Positions 15,001 to 31,200 of a stretch of 64,000 nt of DNA are shown here, one piece after another; positions within the stretch are counted from its first letter, which is position 1, and each line of letters starts with the position of its first letter. The notes below the pieces were generated by a model. The model worked only from the letters and a program-made list of their open reading frames with translations. It was not told where the DNA came from and searched no databases. The position numbers and the translations under genes were made by a program. The DNA lies in assembly GCA_964016885.1 (NCBI GenBank), contig OZ024741.1:410626001-410690000 (forward strand), in the 5' to 3' direction. The DNA is from Eledone cirrhosa (Eukaryota).

Positions 15001-18000
15001 TCTGAGACAGTAGAGTGTATATGCTATATCTGTGACAGTAGAGTGTATATACTATATCTGTGAGACGGTAGAGTGTATATACTATATCTGTGACAGTAGA
15101 GTATATATACTATATCTGTGACAGTAGAGTGTATATACTATATATCTGAGACAGTTGAGTGTATATACTATATATCTGTGACAGTAGAGTGTATATACTA
15201 TATCTGTGACAGTAGAGTGTATATACTATATCTGTGACAGTAGAGTGTACATACTATATCTGTGACAGTAGAGTGTATATACTATATCTGTGACAGTAGA
15301 GTGTATATACTATATATCTGAGACAGTAGAGTGTATATACTATATCTGTGACAGTAGAGTGTATATACTATATCTGTGACAGTAGAGTGTATATACTATA
15401 TATCTTTGACAGTAGAGTGTATATACTATATCTGTGACAGTAGAGTGTATATACTATATCTGTGACAGTAGAGTGTATATACTATATCTGTGACAGTAGA
15501 GTGTATATACTATATCTGTGACAGTAGAGTGTACATACTATATCTGTGACAGTAGAGTGTATATACTATATCTGTGACAGTAGAGTGTATATACTATATA
15601 TCTGAGACAGTAGAGTGTATATACTATATCTGTGACAGTAGAATGTATATACTATATCTGTGACAGTAGAGTGTATATACTATATATCTGAGACAGTAGA
15701 GTGTATATACTATATCTGTGACAGTTGAGTGTATATACTATATCTGTGACAGTAGAGTGTATATACTATATCTGTGACAGTAGAGTGTATATACTATATA
15801 TCTGAGACAGTAGAGTGTATATACTATATCTGTGAGACAGTAGAGTGTATATACTATATCTGTGACAGTAGAGTGTATATACTATATCTGTGACAGTAGA
15901 GTGTATATACTATATATCTGTGACAGTAGAGTGTATATACTATATCTGTGACAGTAGAGTGTATATACTATATCTGTGTGACAGTAGAGTGTATATACTA
16001 TATCTGTGACAGTAGAGTGTATATACTATATCTGAGACAGTAGAGTGTATATACTATATCTGAGACAGTAGAGTGTATATACTATATCTGTGACAGTAGA
16101 GTGTATATACTATATATCTGTGACAGTAGAGTGTATATATTATATCTGTGACAGTAGAGTGTATATACTATATCTGTGAGACAGTAGAGTGTATATACTA
16201 TATCTGTGACAGTAGAGTGTATATACTATATCTGTGAGACAGTAGAGTGTATATACTATATCTGTGACAGTAGAGTGTATATACTATATCTGTGACAGTA
16301 GAGTGTATATACTATATCTGTGACAGTAGAGTGTATATACTATATATCTGTGACAGTAGAATGTATATACTATATCTGTGACAGTAGAGTGTATATACTA
16401 TATCTGTGTGACAGTAGAGTGTATATACTATATCTGAGACAGTAGAGTGTATATACTATATCTGTGACAGTAGAGTGTATATACTATATATCTGTGACAG
16501 TAGAGTGTATATACTATATCTGTGACAGTAGAGTGTATATACTATATCTGTGACAGTAGAGTGTATATACTATATATCTGTGACAGTAGAGTGTATATAT
16601 TATATCTGTGACAGTAGAGTGTATATACTATATCTGTGAGACAGTAGAGTGTATATACTATATATCTGTGACAGTAGAGTGTATCTACTATATCTGTGAC
16701 AGTAGACTGTATATACTATATCTGTGACAGTAGAGTGTATATACTATATATCTGTGACAGTAGAGTGTATATACTATATCTGTGACAGTAGAGTGTATAT
16801 GCTATATCTGTGACAGTAGAGTGTATATACTATATCTGTGAGACAGTAGAGGGTATATACTATATCTGTGACAGTAGAGTGTATATACTATATATCTGAG
16901 ACAGTAGAGTGTATATGCTATATCTGTGACAGTAGAGTGTATATACTATATCTGTGAGACAGTAGAGTGTATATACTATATCTGTGTCAGTAGAGTATAT
17001 ATACTATATCTGTGACAGTAGAGTGTATATACTATATATCTGAGACAGTTGAGTGTATATACTATATATCTGTGACAGTAGAGTGTATATACTATATCTG
17101 TGACAGTAGAGTGTATATACTATATCTGTGACAGTAGAGTGTATATACTATATCTGTGACAGTAGAGTGTATATACTATATCTGTGACAGTAGAGTGTAC
17201 ATACTATATCTGTGACAGTAGAGTGTATATACTATATCTGTGACAGTAGAGTGTATATACTATATATCTGAGACAGTAGAGTGTATATACTATATCTGTG
17301 ACAGTAGAGTGTATATACTATATCTGTGACAGTAGAGTGTATATACTATATCTGTGACAGTAGAGTGTATATACTATATCTGTGACAGTAGAGTGTATAT
17401 ACTATATATCTGTGACAGTAGAGTGTATATACTATATCTGTGACAGTAGAGTGTATATGCTATATCTGTGACAGTAGAGTGTATATACTATATCTGTGAG
17501 ACAGTAGAGTGTATATACTATATCTGTGACAGTAGAGTGTATATACTATATATCTGAGACAGTAGAGTGTATATGCTATATCTGTGACAGTAGAGTGTAT
17601 ATACTATATCTGTGACAGTAGAGTGTATATACTATATCTGTGACAGTAGAGTGTATATACTATATCTGTGACAGTAGAGTGTATATACTATATCTGTGAC
17701 AGTAGAGTGTACATACTATATCTGTGACAGTAGAGTGTATATACTATATCTGTGACAGTAGAGTGTATATACTATATATCTGAGACAGTAGAGTGTATAT
17801 ACTATATCTGTGACAGTAGAGTGTATATACTATATCTGTGACAGTAGAGTGTATATACTATATATCTGAGACAGTAGAGTGTATATACTATATCTGTGAC
17901 AGTTGAGTGTATATACTATATCTGTGACAGTAGAGTGTATATACTATATCTGTGACAGTAGAGTGTATATACTATATATCTGAGACAGTAGAGTGTATAT

Positions 18001-21000
18001 ACTATATCTGTGAGACAGTAGAGTGTATATACTATATCTGTGACAGTAGAGTGTATATACTATATCTGTGACAGTAGAGTGTATATACTATATATCTGTG
18101 ACAGTAGAGTGTATATACTATATCTGTGACAGTAGAGTGTATATACTATATCTGTGTGACAGTAGAGTGTATATACTATATCTGTGACAGTAGAGTGTAT
18201 ATACTATATCTGAGACAGTAGAGTGTATATACTATATCTGAGACAGTAGAGTGTATATACTATATCTGTGACAGTAGAGTGTATATACTATATATCTGTG
18301 ACAGTAGAGTGTATATACTATATCTGTGACAGTAGAGTGTATATACTATATCTGTGACAGTAGAGTGTATATACTATATATCTGTGACAGTAGAGTGTAT
18401 ATATTATATCTGTGACAGTAGAGTGTATATACTATATCTGTGAGACAGTAGAGTGTATATACTATATCTGTGACAGTAGAGTGTATATACTATATCTGTG
18501 AGACAGTAGAGTGTATATACTATATCTGTGACAGTAGAGTGTATATACTATATCTGTGACAGTAGAGTGTATATACTATATATCTGTGACAGTAGAGTGT
18601 ATATACTATATCTGTGACAGTAGAGTGTATATACTATATCTGTGTGACAGTAGAGTGTATATACTATATCTGTGACAGTAGAGTGTATATACTATATGTG
18701 AGACAGTAGAGTGTATATACTATATCTGAGACAGTAGAGTGTATATACTATATCTGTGACAGTAGAGTGTATATACTATATATCTGTGACAGTAGAGTGT
18801 ATATACTATATCTGTGACAGTAGAGTGTATATACTATATCTGTGACAGTAGAGTGTATATACTATATATCTGTGACAGTAGAGTGTATATATTATATCTG
18901 TGACAGTAGAGTGTATATACTATATCTGTGAGACAGTAGAGTGTATATACTATATATCTGTGACAGTAGAGTGTATATACTATATCTGTCACAGTAGAGT
19001 GTATATACTATATATCTGTCACAGTAGAGTGTATATACTATATATCTGTGACAGTAGAGTGTATATACTATATCTGTGAGACAGTAGAGTGTATATACTA
19101 TATCTGTGACAGTAGAGTGTATATACTATATCTGTGAGACAGTAGAGTGTATATACTATATCTGTGACAGTAGAGTGTATATACTATATCTGTGACAGTA
19201 GAGTGTATATACTATATCTGTGACAGTAGAGTGTATATACTATATATCTGTGACAGTAGAATGTATATACTATATCTGTGACAGTAGAGTGTATATACTA
19301 TATCTGTGTGACAGTAGAGTGTATATACTATATCTGAGACAGTAGAGTGTATATACTATATCTGTGACAGTAGAGTGTATATACTATATATCTGTGACAG
19401 TAGAGTGTATATACTATATCTGTGACAGTAGAGTGTATATACTATATCTGTGACAGTAGAGTGTATATACTATATATCTGTGACAGTAGAGTGTATATAT
19501 TATATCTGTGACAGTAGAGTGTATATACTATATCTGTGAGACAGTAGAGTGTATATACTATATATCTGTGACAGTAGAGTGTATCTACTATATCTGTGAC
19601 AGTAGACTGTATATACTATATCTGTGACAGTAGAGTGTATATACTATATCTGTGACAGTAGAGTGTATATACTATATCTGTGACAGTAGAGTGTATATAC
19701 TATATCTGTGACAGTAGAGTGTATATACTATATATGTGACAGTAGAGTGTATATACTATATCTGTGACAGTAGAGTGTATATACTATATCTGTGACAGTA
19801 GAGTGTATATACTATATATCTGTGACAGTAGAGTGTATATACTATATCTGTGACAGTAGAGTGTATATGCTATATCTGTGACAGTAGAGTGTATATACTA
19901 TATCTGTGAGACAGTAGAGTGTATATACTATATCTGTGACAGTAGAGTGTATATACTATATATCTGAGACAGTAGAGTGTATATGCTATATCTGTGACAG
20001 TAGAGTGTATATACTATATCTGTGAGACAGTAGAGTGTATATACTATATCTGTGACAGTAGAGTATATATACTATATCTGTGACAGTAGAGTGTATATAC
20101 TATATCTGTGACAGTAGCGTGTATATACTATATCTGTGACAGTAGAGTGTATCTACTATATCTGTGACAGTAGACTGTATATACTATATCTGTGACAGTA
20201 GAGTGTATATACTATATCTGTGACAGTAGAGTGTATATACTATATCTGTGACAGTAGAGTGTATATACTATATCTGTGACAGTAGAGTGTATATACTATA
20301 TATGTGACAGTAGAGTGTATATACTATATCTGTGACAGTAGAGTGTATATACTATATCTGTGACAGTAGAGTGTATATACTATATCTGTGACAGTAGAGT
20401 GTATCTACTATATCTGTGACAGTAGACTGTATATACTATATCTGTGACAGTAGAGTGTATATACTATATCTGTGACAGTAGAGTGTATATACTATATCTG
20501 TGACAGTAGAGTGTATATACTATATCTGTCACAGTAGAGTGTATATACTATATCTGTGACAGTAGAGTGTATCTACTATATCTGTGACAGTAGAGTGTAT
20601 ATACTATATCTGTGACAGTAGAGTGTATATACTATATCTGTGACAGTAGAGTGTATATACTATATCTGTGACAGTAGAGTGTATCTACTATATCTGTGAC
20701 AGTAGACTGTATATACTATATCTGTGACAGTACAGTCTATATACTATATCTGTGACAGTAGAGTGTATATACTATATCTGTGACAGTAGAGTGTATATAC
20801 TATATCTGTGACAGTAGAGTGTATATACTATATATGTGACAGTAGAGTGTATATACTATATCTGTGACAGTAGAGTGTATATACTATATCTGTGACAGTA
20901 GAGTGTATATACTATATATCTGTGACAGTAGAGTGTATATACTATATATCTGTGACAGTAGAGTGTATATACTATATCTGTGACAGTAGAGTGTATATGC

Positions 21001-22230
21001 TATATCTGTGACAGTAGAGTGTATATACTATATCTGTGAGACAGTAGAGGGTATATACTATATCTGTGACAGTAGAGTGTATATACTATATATCTGAGAC
21101 AGTAGAGTGTATATGCTATATCTGTGACAGTAGAGTGTATATACTATATCTGTGAGACAGTAGAGTGTATATACTATATCTGTGACAGTAGAGTATATAT
21201 ACTATATCTGTGAAGGTAGAGTGTATATACTATATATCTGAGACAGTAGAGTGTATATACTATATATCTGTGACAGTAGAGTGTATATACTATATCTGTG
21301 ACAGTAGAGTGTATATACTATATCTGTGACAGTAGAGTGTATATACTATATATCTGAGACAGTAGAGTGTATACGCTATATCTGTGACAGTAGAGTGTAT
21401 ATACTATATCTGTGAGACGGTAGAGTGTATATACTATATCTGTGACAGTAGAGTATATATACTATATCTGTGACAGTAGAGTGTATATACTATATATCTG
21501 AGACAGTTGAGTGTATATACTATATATCTGTGACAGTAGAGTGTATATACTATATCTGTGACAGTAGAGTGTATATACTATATCTGTGACAGTAGAGTGT
21601 ACATACTATATCTGTGACAGTAGAGTGTATATACTATATCTGTGACAGTAGAGTGTATATACTATATATCGGAGACAGTAGAGTGTATATACTATATCTG
21701 TGACAGTAGAGTGTATATACTATATTTGTGACAGTAGAGTGTATATACTATATCTGTGAGACTGTAGAGTGTATATACTATATCTGTGACAGTAGAGTAT
21801 ATATACTATATCTGTGACAGTAGAGTGTATATACTATATATCTGTGACAGTAGAGTGTATATACTATATCTGTGACAGTAGAGTGTATATACTATATCTG
21901 TGACAGTAGAGTGTATATACTATATCTGTGACAGTAGAGTGTATATACTATATCTGTGACAGTAGAGTGTATATACTATATATCTGAGACAGTAGAGTGT
22001 ATATACTATATCTGTGACAGTTCAGTGTATATACTATATCTGTGACAGTAGAGTGTATATACTATATCTGTGACAGTAGAGTGTATATACTATATATCTG
22101 AGACAGTAGAGTGTATATACTATATCTGTGACAGTAGAGTGTATATACTATATCTGTGACAGTAGAGTGTATATACTATATCTGTGAGACAGTAGAGTGT
22201 ATATACTATATCTGTGACAGTAGAGTGTAT
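1..22230. repeat. Left sub-domain of the array (variant set A)
   Basis: Carries GAAGGTAGAG (near 3102, 5228, 8496, 11138, 14860, 21212) and GTGTACAT variants. I saw no 38-bp monomer, GAAGGTAGCG or CAATACAG here. Confidence 0.75.
11731..19950 (+). repeat. Higher-order duplicate of about 1-8200 (offset about 11.73-11.79 kb)
   Basis: Rare variants recur in the same order. Offset 11730: GCAG of GAGGCAG 71/11801, 26-bp monomer TAGTGTAT 131/11861, TGTGACATTT 671/12401. Offset 11758: ACTGTATC 2041/13799, TACAGTG 2651/14409, CTTTG 3646/15404. Offset 11786: TAGAGGG 5061/16847. Offset 11754: TATGTGAGAC 6941/18695. Confidence 0.9.
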
Positions 22231-25200
22231 ATTTCTATATCTGTGACAGTAGAGTGTATATACTATATATCTGTGACAGTAGAGTGTATATACTATATAT
22301 CTGTGACAGTAGAGTGTATATACTATATATCTGAGACAGTAGAGTGTATATACTATATCTGTGACAGTAGAGTGTATATACTATATATCTGAGACAGTAG
22401 AGTGTATATACTATATCTGTGACAGTAGAGTGTATATACTATATCTGTGACAGTAGAGTGTATATACTATATCTGTGACAGTAGAGTGTATATACTATAT
22501 CTGTGACAGTAGAGTGTATATACTATATATCTGAGACAGTAGAGTGTATATACTATATCTGTGAGAGTAGAGTGTATATACTATATCTGTGACAGTAGAG
22601 TATATATACTATATATCTGTGACAGTAGAGTGTATATACTATATATCTGAGACAGTAGAGTGTATATACTATATATCTGTGACAGTAGAGTGTATATACT
22701 ATATATCTGAGACAGTAGAGTATATATACTATATCTGTGACAGTAGAGTGTATATACTATATATCTGTGACAGTAGAGTGTATATACTATATCTGTGACA
22801 GTAGAGTGTATATACTATATATCTGTGACAGTAGAGTGTATATACTATATCTGTGACAGTAGAGTGTATATACTATATCTGTGACAGTAGAGTGTATATA
22901 CTATATCTGAGACGGTAGAGTGTATATACTATATCTGTGTGACAGTAGAGTGAATATACTATATCTGTGACAGTAGAGTATATATACTATATCTGTGACA
23001 GTAGAGTGTATATACTATATATCTGTGACAGTAGAGTGTATATACTATATCTGTGACAGTAGAATGTATATACTATATCTGAGACAGTAGAGTGTATATA
23101 CTATATCTGAGACAGTAGAGTGTATATACTATATCTGTGACAGTAGAGTGTATATACTATATCTGAGACAGTAGAGTGTATATACTATATCTGTGACAGT
23201 AGAGTGTATATACTATATCTGTGACAGTAGAGTGTATATACTATATCTGTGACAGTAGAGTGTATATACTATATATCTGTGACAGTAGAGTGTATATACT
23301 ATATCTGTGACAGTAGAGTGTATACACTATATCTGTGACAGTAGAGTGTATATACTATATCTGTGACAGTAGAGTGTATATAGTATATCTGTGACAGTAG
23401 AGTGTATATACTATATATCTGAGACAGTAGAGTGTATATACTATATATCTGTGACAGTAGAGTGTATCTACTATATCTGTGACAGTAGACTGTATATACT
23501 ATATCTGAGACAGTAGAGTGTATATACTATATCTGTGACAGTAGAGTGTATATACTATATCTGTGACAGTAGAGTGTATATACTATATCTGTGACAGTAG
23601 AGTGTATATACTATTTATCTGAGACAGTAGAGTGTATATACTATATATCTGTGACAGTAGAGTGTATCTACTATATCTGTGACAGTAGACTGTATATACT
23701 ATATCTGTGACAGTAGAGTGTATATACTATATCTGAGACAGTAGAGTGTATATACTATATCTGTGACAGTAGAGTGTATATACTATATATCTGAGACAGT
23801 AGAGTGTATATACTATATATCTGAGACAGTAGAGTGTATCTACTATATCTGTGACAGTAGAGTGTATATACTATATATCTGAGACTCTGTGACAGTAGAG
23901 TGTATATACTATATATCTGAGACTCTGTGACAGTAGAGTGTATATACTATATATCTGTGACAGTAGAGTGTATATACTATATCTATGACAGTAGAGTGTA
24001 TATACTATATCTGTGACAGTAGAGTGTATATACTATATCTGTGACAGTAGAGTGTATATACTATATCTGTGACAGTAGAGTGTATATACTATATATCTGA
24101 GACAGTAGAGTGTATATACTATATATCTGTGACAGTAGAGTGTATCTACTATATCTGTGACAGTAGACTGTATATACTATATCTGTGACAGTAGAGTGTA
24201 TATACTATATATCTGAGACTCTGTGACAGTAGAGTGTATATACTATATATCTGTGACAGTAGAATGTATATACTATATCTGTGACAGTAGAGTGTATATA
24301 CTATATCTGTGACAGTAGAGTGTATATACTATATCTGAGACAGTAGAGTGTATATACTATATCTGTGTGACAGTAGAGTGTATATACTATATCTGTGACA
24401 GTAGAGTGTATATACTATATCTGAGACAGTAGAGTGTATATACTATATCTGAGACAATAGAGTGTATATACTATATCTGTGACAGTAGAGTGCATATACT
24501 ATATATCTGTGACAGTAGAGTGTATATACTATATCTGTGAGACAGTAGAGTGTATATACTATATATCTGTGACAGTAGAGTGTATATACTATATCTGTGA
24601 CAGTAGAGTGTATATACTATATCTGTGACAGTAGAGTGTATATACTATATCTGAGACAGTAGAGTGTATATACTATATCTGTGTGACAGTAGAGTGTATA
24701 TACTATATCTGTGACAGTAGAGTGTATATACTATATCTGAGATAGTAGAGTGTATATACTATATTTGTGACAGTAGAGTGTATATACTATATATCTGAGA
24801 CAGTAGAGTGTATATACTATATCTGTGACAGTAGAGTGTATATACTATATCTGTGACAGTAGAGTGTATATAATATATATCTGAGATAGTAGAGTGTATA
24901 TACTATATCTGTGACAGTAGAGTGTATATACTATATCTGTGACAGTAGAGTGTATATACTATATATCTGAGAGAGTAGAGTGTATATACTATATATCTGA
25001 GACAGTAGAGTGTATATACTATATATGTGACAGTAGAGTGTATATACTATATCTGTGACAGTAGAGTGTATATACTATATCTGTGACAGTAGAGTGTATC
25101 TACTATATCTGTGACAGTAGACTGTATATACTATATCTGTGACAGTAGAGTGTATATACTATATCTGTGATAGTAGAGTGTATATGCTATATCTGTGACA

Positions 25201-28200
25201 ATACAGTGTATATACTATATCTGTGACAGTAGACTGTATATACTATATCTGTGACAGTAGAGTGTATATACTATATCTGTGACAGTAGAGTGTATATACT
25301 ATATCTGTGACAGTAGACTGTATATGCTATATCTGTGACAGTAGAGTGTATATACTATATCTGTGACAGTAGAGTGTATATACTATATCTGTGACAGTAG
25401 AGTGTATATACTATATCTGTGACAGTAGAGTGTATATACTATATATCTGTGACAGTAGAGTGTATATACTATATCTGTGACAGTAGAGTGTATATGCTAT
25501 ATCTGTGACAGTAAAGTGTATATACTATATCTGTGAGACAGTAGAGTGTATATACTATATCTGTGACAGTAGAGTGTATATACTATATATCTGAGACAGT
25601 AGAGTGTATATGCTATATCTGTGACAGTAGAGTGTATATACTATATCTGTGAGACAGTAGAGTGTATATACTATATCTGTGACAGTAGAGTATATATACT
25701 ATATCTGTGAAGGTAGCGTGTATATACTATATATCTGAGACAGTAGAGTGTATATACTATATATCTGTGACAGTAGAGTGTATATACTATATCTGTGACA
25801 GTAGAGTGTATATACTATATCTGTGACAGTAGAGTGTATATACTATATATCTGAGACATTAGAGTGTATATGCTATATCTGTGACAGTAGAGTGTATATA
25901 CTATATCTGTGAGACGGTAGAGTGTATATACTATATCTGTGACAGTAGAGTATATATACTATATCTGTGACAGTAGAGTGTATATACTATATATCTGAGA
26001 CAGTAGAGTGTATATACTATATATCTGTGACAGTAGAGTGTATATACTATATCTGTGACAGTAGAGTGTATATACTATATCTGTGACAGTAGAGTGTATA
26101 TACTATATATCTGACACAGTAGAGTGTATATACTATATCTGTGACAGTAGAGTGTATATACTATATCTGTGACAGTAGAGTGTATATACTATATCTGTGA
26201 CAGTAGAGTGTATATACTATATATCTGAGACAGTAGAGTGTATATACTATATCTGTGACAGTTGAGTGTATATACTATATCTGTGACAGTAGAGTGTATA
26301 TACTATATCTGTGACAGTAGAGTGTATATACTATATATCTGAGACAGTAGAGTGTATATACTATATATCTGAGACAGTAGAGTGTATATACTATATCTGT
26401 GACAGTAGAGTGTATATACTATATCTGTGACAGTAGAGTGTATATACTATATCTGTGAGACAGTAGAGTGTATATACTATATCTGTGACAGTAGAGTGTA
26501 TATACTATATATCTGAGACATTAGAGTGTATATGCTATATCTGTGACAGTAGAGTGTATATACTATATCTGTGAGACGGTAGAGTGTATATACTATATCT
26601 GTGACAGTAGAGTATATATACTATATCTGTGACAGTAGAGTGTATATACTATATCTGTGAGACAGTAGTGTGTATATACTATATATCTGTGACAGTAGAG
26701 TGTATATACTATATCTGTGACAGTAGAGTGTATATACTATATCTGTGACAGTAGAGTGTATATACTATATCTGTGACAGTAGAGTGTATATACTATATCT
26801 GTGACAGTAGAGTGTATATACTATATATCTGAGATAGTAGAGTGTATATACTATATCTGTGACAGTAGAGTGTATATACTATATCTGTGACAGTAGAGTG
26901 TATATACTATATATCTGAGAGAGTAGAGTGTATATACTATATATCTGAGACAGTAGAGTGTATATACTATATCTGTGACAGTAGAGTGTATCTACTATAT
27001 CTGTGACAGTAGACTGTATATACTATATCTGTGACAGTAGAGTGTATATACTATATCTGTGACAGTAGAGTGTATATGCTATATCTGTGACAATACAGTG
27101 TATATACTATATCTGTGACAGTAGACTGTATATACTATATCTGTGACGGTAGAGTGTATATACTATATCTGTGACAGTAGAGTGTATATACTATATCTGT
27201 GACAGTAGAGTGTATATACTATATCTGTGACAGTAGAGTGTATATACTATATATCTGTGACAGTAGAGTGTATATACTATATCTGTGACAGTAGAGTGTA
27301 TATGCTATATCTGTGACAGTAGAGTGTATATACTATATCTGTGAGACAGTAGAGTGTATATACTATATCTGTGACAGTAGAGTGTATATACTATATATCT
27401 GAGACAGTAGAGTGTATATGCTATATCTGTGACAGTAGAGTGTATATACTATATCTGTGAGACAGTAGAGTGTATATACTATATCTGTGACAGTAGAGTA
27501 TATATACTATATCTGTGAAGGTAGCGTGTATATACTATATATCTGAGACAGTAGAGTGTATATACTATATATCTGTGACAGTAGAGTGTATATACTATAT
27601 CTGTGACAGTAGAGTGTATATACTATATCTGTGACAGTAGAGTGTATATACTATATATCTGAGACATTAGAGTGTATATGCTATATCTGTGACAGTAGAG
27701 TGTATATACTATATCTGTGAGACGGTAGAGTGTATATACTATATCTGTGACAGTAGAGTATATATACTATATCTGTGACAGTAGAGTGTATATACTATAT
27801 ATCTGAGACAGTAGAGTGTATATACTATATATCTGTGACAGTAGAGTGTATATACTATATCTGTGACAGTAGAGTGTATATACTATATCTGTGACAGTAG
27901 AGTGTATATACTATATATCTGACACAGTAGAGTGTATATACTATATCTGTGACAGTAGAGTGTATATACTATATCTGTGACAGTAGAGTGTATATACTAT
28001 ATCTGTGACAGTAGAGTGTATATACTATATATCTGAGACAGTAGAGTGTATATACTATATCTGTGACAGTTGAGTGTATATACTATATCTGTGACAGTAG
28101 AGTGTATATACTATATCTGTGACAGTAGAGTGTATATACTATATATCTGAGACAGTAGAGTGTATATACTATATATCTGAGACAGTAGAGTGTATATACT

Positions 28201-31200
28201 ATATCTGTGACAGTAGAGTGTATATACTATATCTGTGACAGTAGAGTGTATATACTATATCTGTGAGACAGTAGAGTGTATATACTATATCTGTGACAGT
28301 AGAGTGTATATACTATATATCTGAGACATTAGAGTGTATATGCTATATCTGTGACAGTAGAGTGTATATACTATATCTGTGAGACGGTAGAGTGTATATA
28401 CTATATCTGTGACAGTAGAGTATATATACTATATCTGTGACAGTAGAGTGTATATACTATATATCTGAGACAGTAGTGTGTATATACTATATATCTGTGA
28501 CAGTAGAGTGTATATACTATATCTGTGACAGTAGAGTGTATATACTATATCTGTGACAGTAGAGTGTATATACTATATCTGTGACAGTAGAGTGTATATA
28601 CTATATCTGTGACAGTAGAGTGTATATACTATATATCTGAGACAGTAGAGTGTATATACTATATCTGTGACAGTTGAGTGTATATACTATATCTGTGACA
28701 GTAGAGTGTATATACTATATCTGTGACAGTAGAGTGTATATACTATATATCTGAGACAGTAGAGTGTATATACTATATCTGTGACAGTAGAGTGTATATA
28801 CTATATCTGTGACAGTAGAGTGTATATACTATATCTGTGACAGTAGAGTGTATATACTATATCTGTGACAGTAGAGTGTATATACTATATATCTGAGACA
28901 TTAGAGTGTATATGCTATATCTGTGACAGTAGAGTGTATATACTATATCTGTGAGACGGTAGAGTGTATATACTATATCTGTGACAGTAGAGTATATATA
29001 CTATATCTGTGACAGTAGAGTGTATATACTATATATCTGAGACAGTAGAGTGTATATACTATATATCTGTGACAGTAGAGTGTATATACTATATCTGTGA
29101 CAGTAGAGTGTATATACTATATCTGTGACAGTAGAGTGTATATACTATATCTGTGACAGTAGAGTGTATATACTATATCTGTGACAGTAGAGTGTATATA
29201 CTATATATCTGAGACAGTAGAGTGTATATACTATATCAGTGACAGTAGAGTGTATATACTATATCTGTGACAGTAGAGTGTATATACTATATCTGTGACA
29301 GTAGAGTGTATATACTATATATCTGAGACAGTAGAGTGTATATACTATATCTGTGACAGTTGAGTGTATATACTATATCTGTGACAGTAGAGTGTATATA
29401 CTATATCTGTGACAGTAGAGTGTATATACTATATATCTGAGACAGTAGAGTGTATATACTATATATCTGAGACAGTAGAGTGTATATACTATATCTGTGA
29501 CAGTAGAGTGTATATACTATATCTGTGACAGTAGAGTGTATATACTATATCTGTGAGACAGTAGAGTGTATATACTATATCTGTGACAGTAGAGTGTATA
29601 TACTATATCTGTGACAGTAGAGTGTATATACTATATATCTGTGACAGTAGAGTGTATATACTATATATCTGTGACAGTAGAGTGTATATACTATATATCT
29701 GAGACAGTAGAGTGTATATACTATATATCTGAGACAGTAGCGTGTATATACTATATCTGTGACAGTAGAGTGTATATACTATATATCTGAGACAGTAGAG
29801 TGTATATACTATATCTGTGACAGTAGAGTGTATATACTATATCTGTGACAGTAGAGTGTATATACTATATCTGTGACAGTAGAGTGTATATACTATATCT
29901 GTGACAGTAGAGTGTATATACTATATATCTGAGACAGTAGAGTGTATATACTATATCTGTGAGAGTAGAGTGTATATACTATATCTGTGACAGTAGAGTG
30001 TATATACTATATCTGTGACAGTAGAGTGTATATACTATATATCTGTGTCAGTAGAGTGTATATACTATATCTGAGACAGTAGAGTGTATATACTATATCT
30101 GAGACAGTAGAGTGTATATAGTATATCTGTGAGACAGTAGAGTGTATATACTATATATCTGTGTCAGTAGAGTGTATATACTATATCTGAGACAGTAGAG
30201 TGTATATACTATATCTGAGACAGTAGAGTGTATAAACTATATCTGAGACAGTAGAGTGTATATACTATATCTGTGACAGTAGAGTGTATATACTATATAT
30301 CTGTGACAGTAGAGTGTATATACTATATCTGTGAGACAGTAGAGTGTATATACTATATATCTGTGACAGTAGAGTGTATATACTATATCTGTCACAGTAG
30401 AGTGTATATACTATATATCTGTCACAGTAGAGTGTATATACTATATATCTGTGACAGTAGAGTGTATATACTATATCTGAGACAGTAGAGTGTATAAACT
30501 ATATCTGAGACAGTAGAGTGTATATACTATATCTGTCACAGTAGAGTGTATATACTATATATCTGTCACAGTAGAGTGTATATACTATATATCTGTGACA
30601 GTAGAGTGTATATACTATATATCTGTGACAGTAGAGTGTATATACTATATCTGTCACAGTAGAGTGTATATACTATATATCTGTCACAGTAGAGTGTATA
30701 TACTATATATCTGTGACAGTAGAGTGTATAAACTATATCTGTGAGACAGTAGAGTGTATATACTATATCTGTGACAGTAGAGTGTATATACTATATCTGT
30801 GACAGTAGAGTGTATATACTATATCTGTGACAATAGTGTGTATATACTATATCTGTGAGACAGTAGAGTGTATATACTATATATCTGAGACAGTAGAGTG
30901 TATATACTATATCTGTGACAGTAGAGTGTATATACTATATCTGTGACAGTAGAGTGTATATACTATATCTGTGACAGTAGAGTGTATATACTATATATCT
31001 GAGACAGTAGAGTGTATATGCTATATCTGTGACAGTAGAGTGTATATACTATATCTGTGAGACAGTAGAGTGTATATACTATATATGTGACAGTAGAGTG
31101 TATATACTATATATCTGTGACAGTAGAGTGTATATACTATATATCTGTAACAGTAGAGTGTATATACTATATCTGTGACAGTAGAGTGTATATACTATAT

